Assembly (NCBI RefSeq): GCF_006345805.1
Contig: NC_043014.1
Coordinates: forward strand, 1,736,001 to 1,800,000
Direction: 5' to 3'
DNA from: Octopus sinensis
Taxonomy: Eukaryota
Length of the DNA stretch: 64,000 nucleotides
A program made the position numbers and the translations under genes. The notes below the pieces were generated by a model, which had not been told where the DNA came from, searched no databases, and saw only the letters and a program-made list of their open reading frames with translations. Of the stretch, positions 63,425 to 64,000 are shown piece by piece. How positions within the stretch are numbered: position 1 is the first letter of the stretch; each line of letters starts with the position of its first letter.

Positions 63425-63670
63425 GTGTGTTCAAAAAGTCTCTTCATCAGTGAAATTTTCAGTGAACAGGTTATTTCAAAGGGACTTTGGTCACAAAGAT
63501 CACCTGATTTAACACTGCCAGACTTTTTTTCCAAGGGAGCAAGTAAAGGATCTGTGTACAAGAATCACCCGAAAACCATTAATGAACTAAAAGACACAAT
63601 CATAACCTTCACATGGTTAATACTGTATCAGACTCTCCAAGACGTATTTCAAAACATGTGGAGAAGAACC
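63425..63670 (+). mobile_element. Tc1/mariner transposase C-terminal fragment
   Basis: WSQRSPDLTLPDFF..G..KGSVY..HPKTINELK matches WPPRSPDLxPxDFFLWG..K..VY. Confidence 0.8.
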
Positions 63671-64000
63671 AGCTTGTGGGTAGTAAAGAAATAGGTTTGA
63701 CTGGGGTCTGGGAAACCAGGAGGCTGCATCAAGCTCCAGTCTGATCTGGTAGTGTTTCTACAGCTGGATGCCTTTCCTAATGCCAACCACTCCATGAGTG
63801 TTGTAGGTTTTGAAAGGGATTATAATACTATCCATGTATAAGAAACTCCCATATTTTTTTAGCCTAGTTTTTGACAAAAAAGGGTTCCTTATACACGTTA
63901 AAATACGGTATATGTCAGAGAGACAGGGAAACTGGCCCTATGCTCCTTATAGACTAATATAGACTAACCATGTGTGTGTATGTGGGGCGTATACACACAC

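Overview
AT-rich, repeat-dense animal genomic DNA. The SINE/LINE content and microsatellite load look like an octopus/coleoid cephalopod, which is an inference. Two spliced genes converge tail-to-tail. On the + strand is the 3' part of GPR89 (Golgi pH regulator): 9 coding exons, 810-16970, one intron of which is a U12 minor-spliceosome intron (2104-3088). On the - strand is an ABCG1/ABCG4-like half-transporter: 12 coding exons, 56856-36339, with no N-terminal exon recognised in the window. All exon phases join in frame. Most ORF-track entries are artefacts of repeats. Introns and the intergenic region hold a 5'-truncated RTE LINE whose RT carries an inserted PHD-type zinc finger, other RTE/CR1 fragments, Tc1/mariner relics, piggyBac-, Merlin-, Tigger- and mariner-type MITEs, two non-autonomous Helitrons and at least three tRNA-headed SINE families. 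The most unusual object is a ~480-bp head-to-head palindrome (33747-34228) in which each arm is a tRNA-like Pol III head followed by a Penelope-type minimal hammerhead ribozyme. Further hammerhead cores and foldback inserts in (TA)n tracts occur elsewhere in the window.
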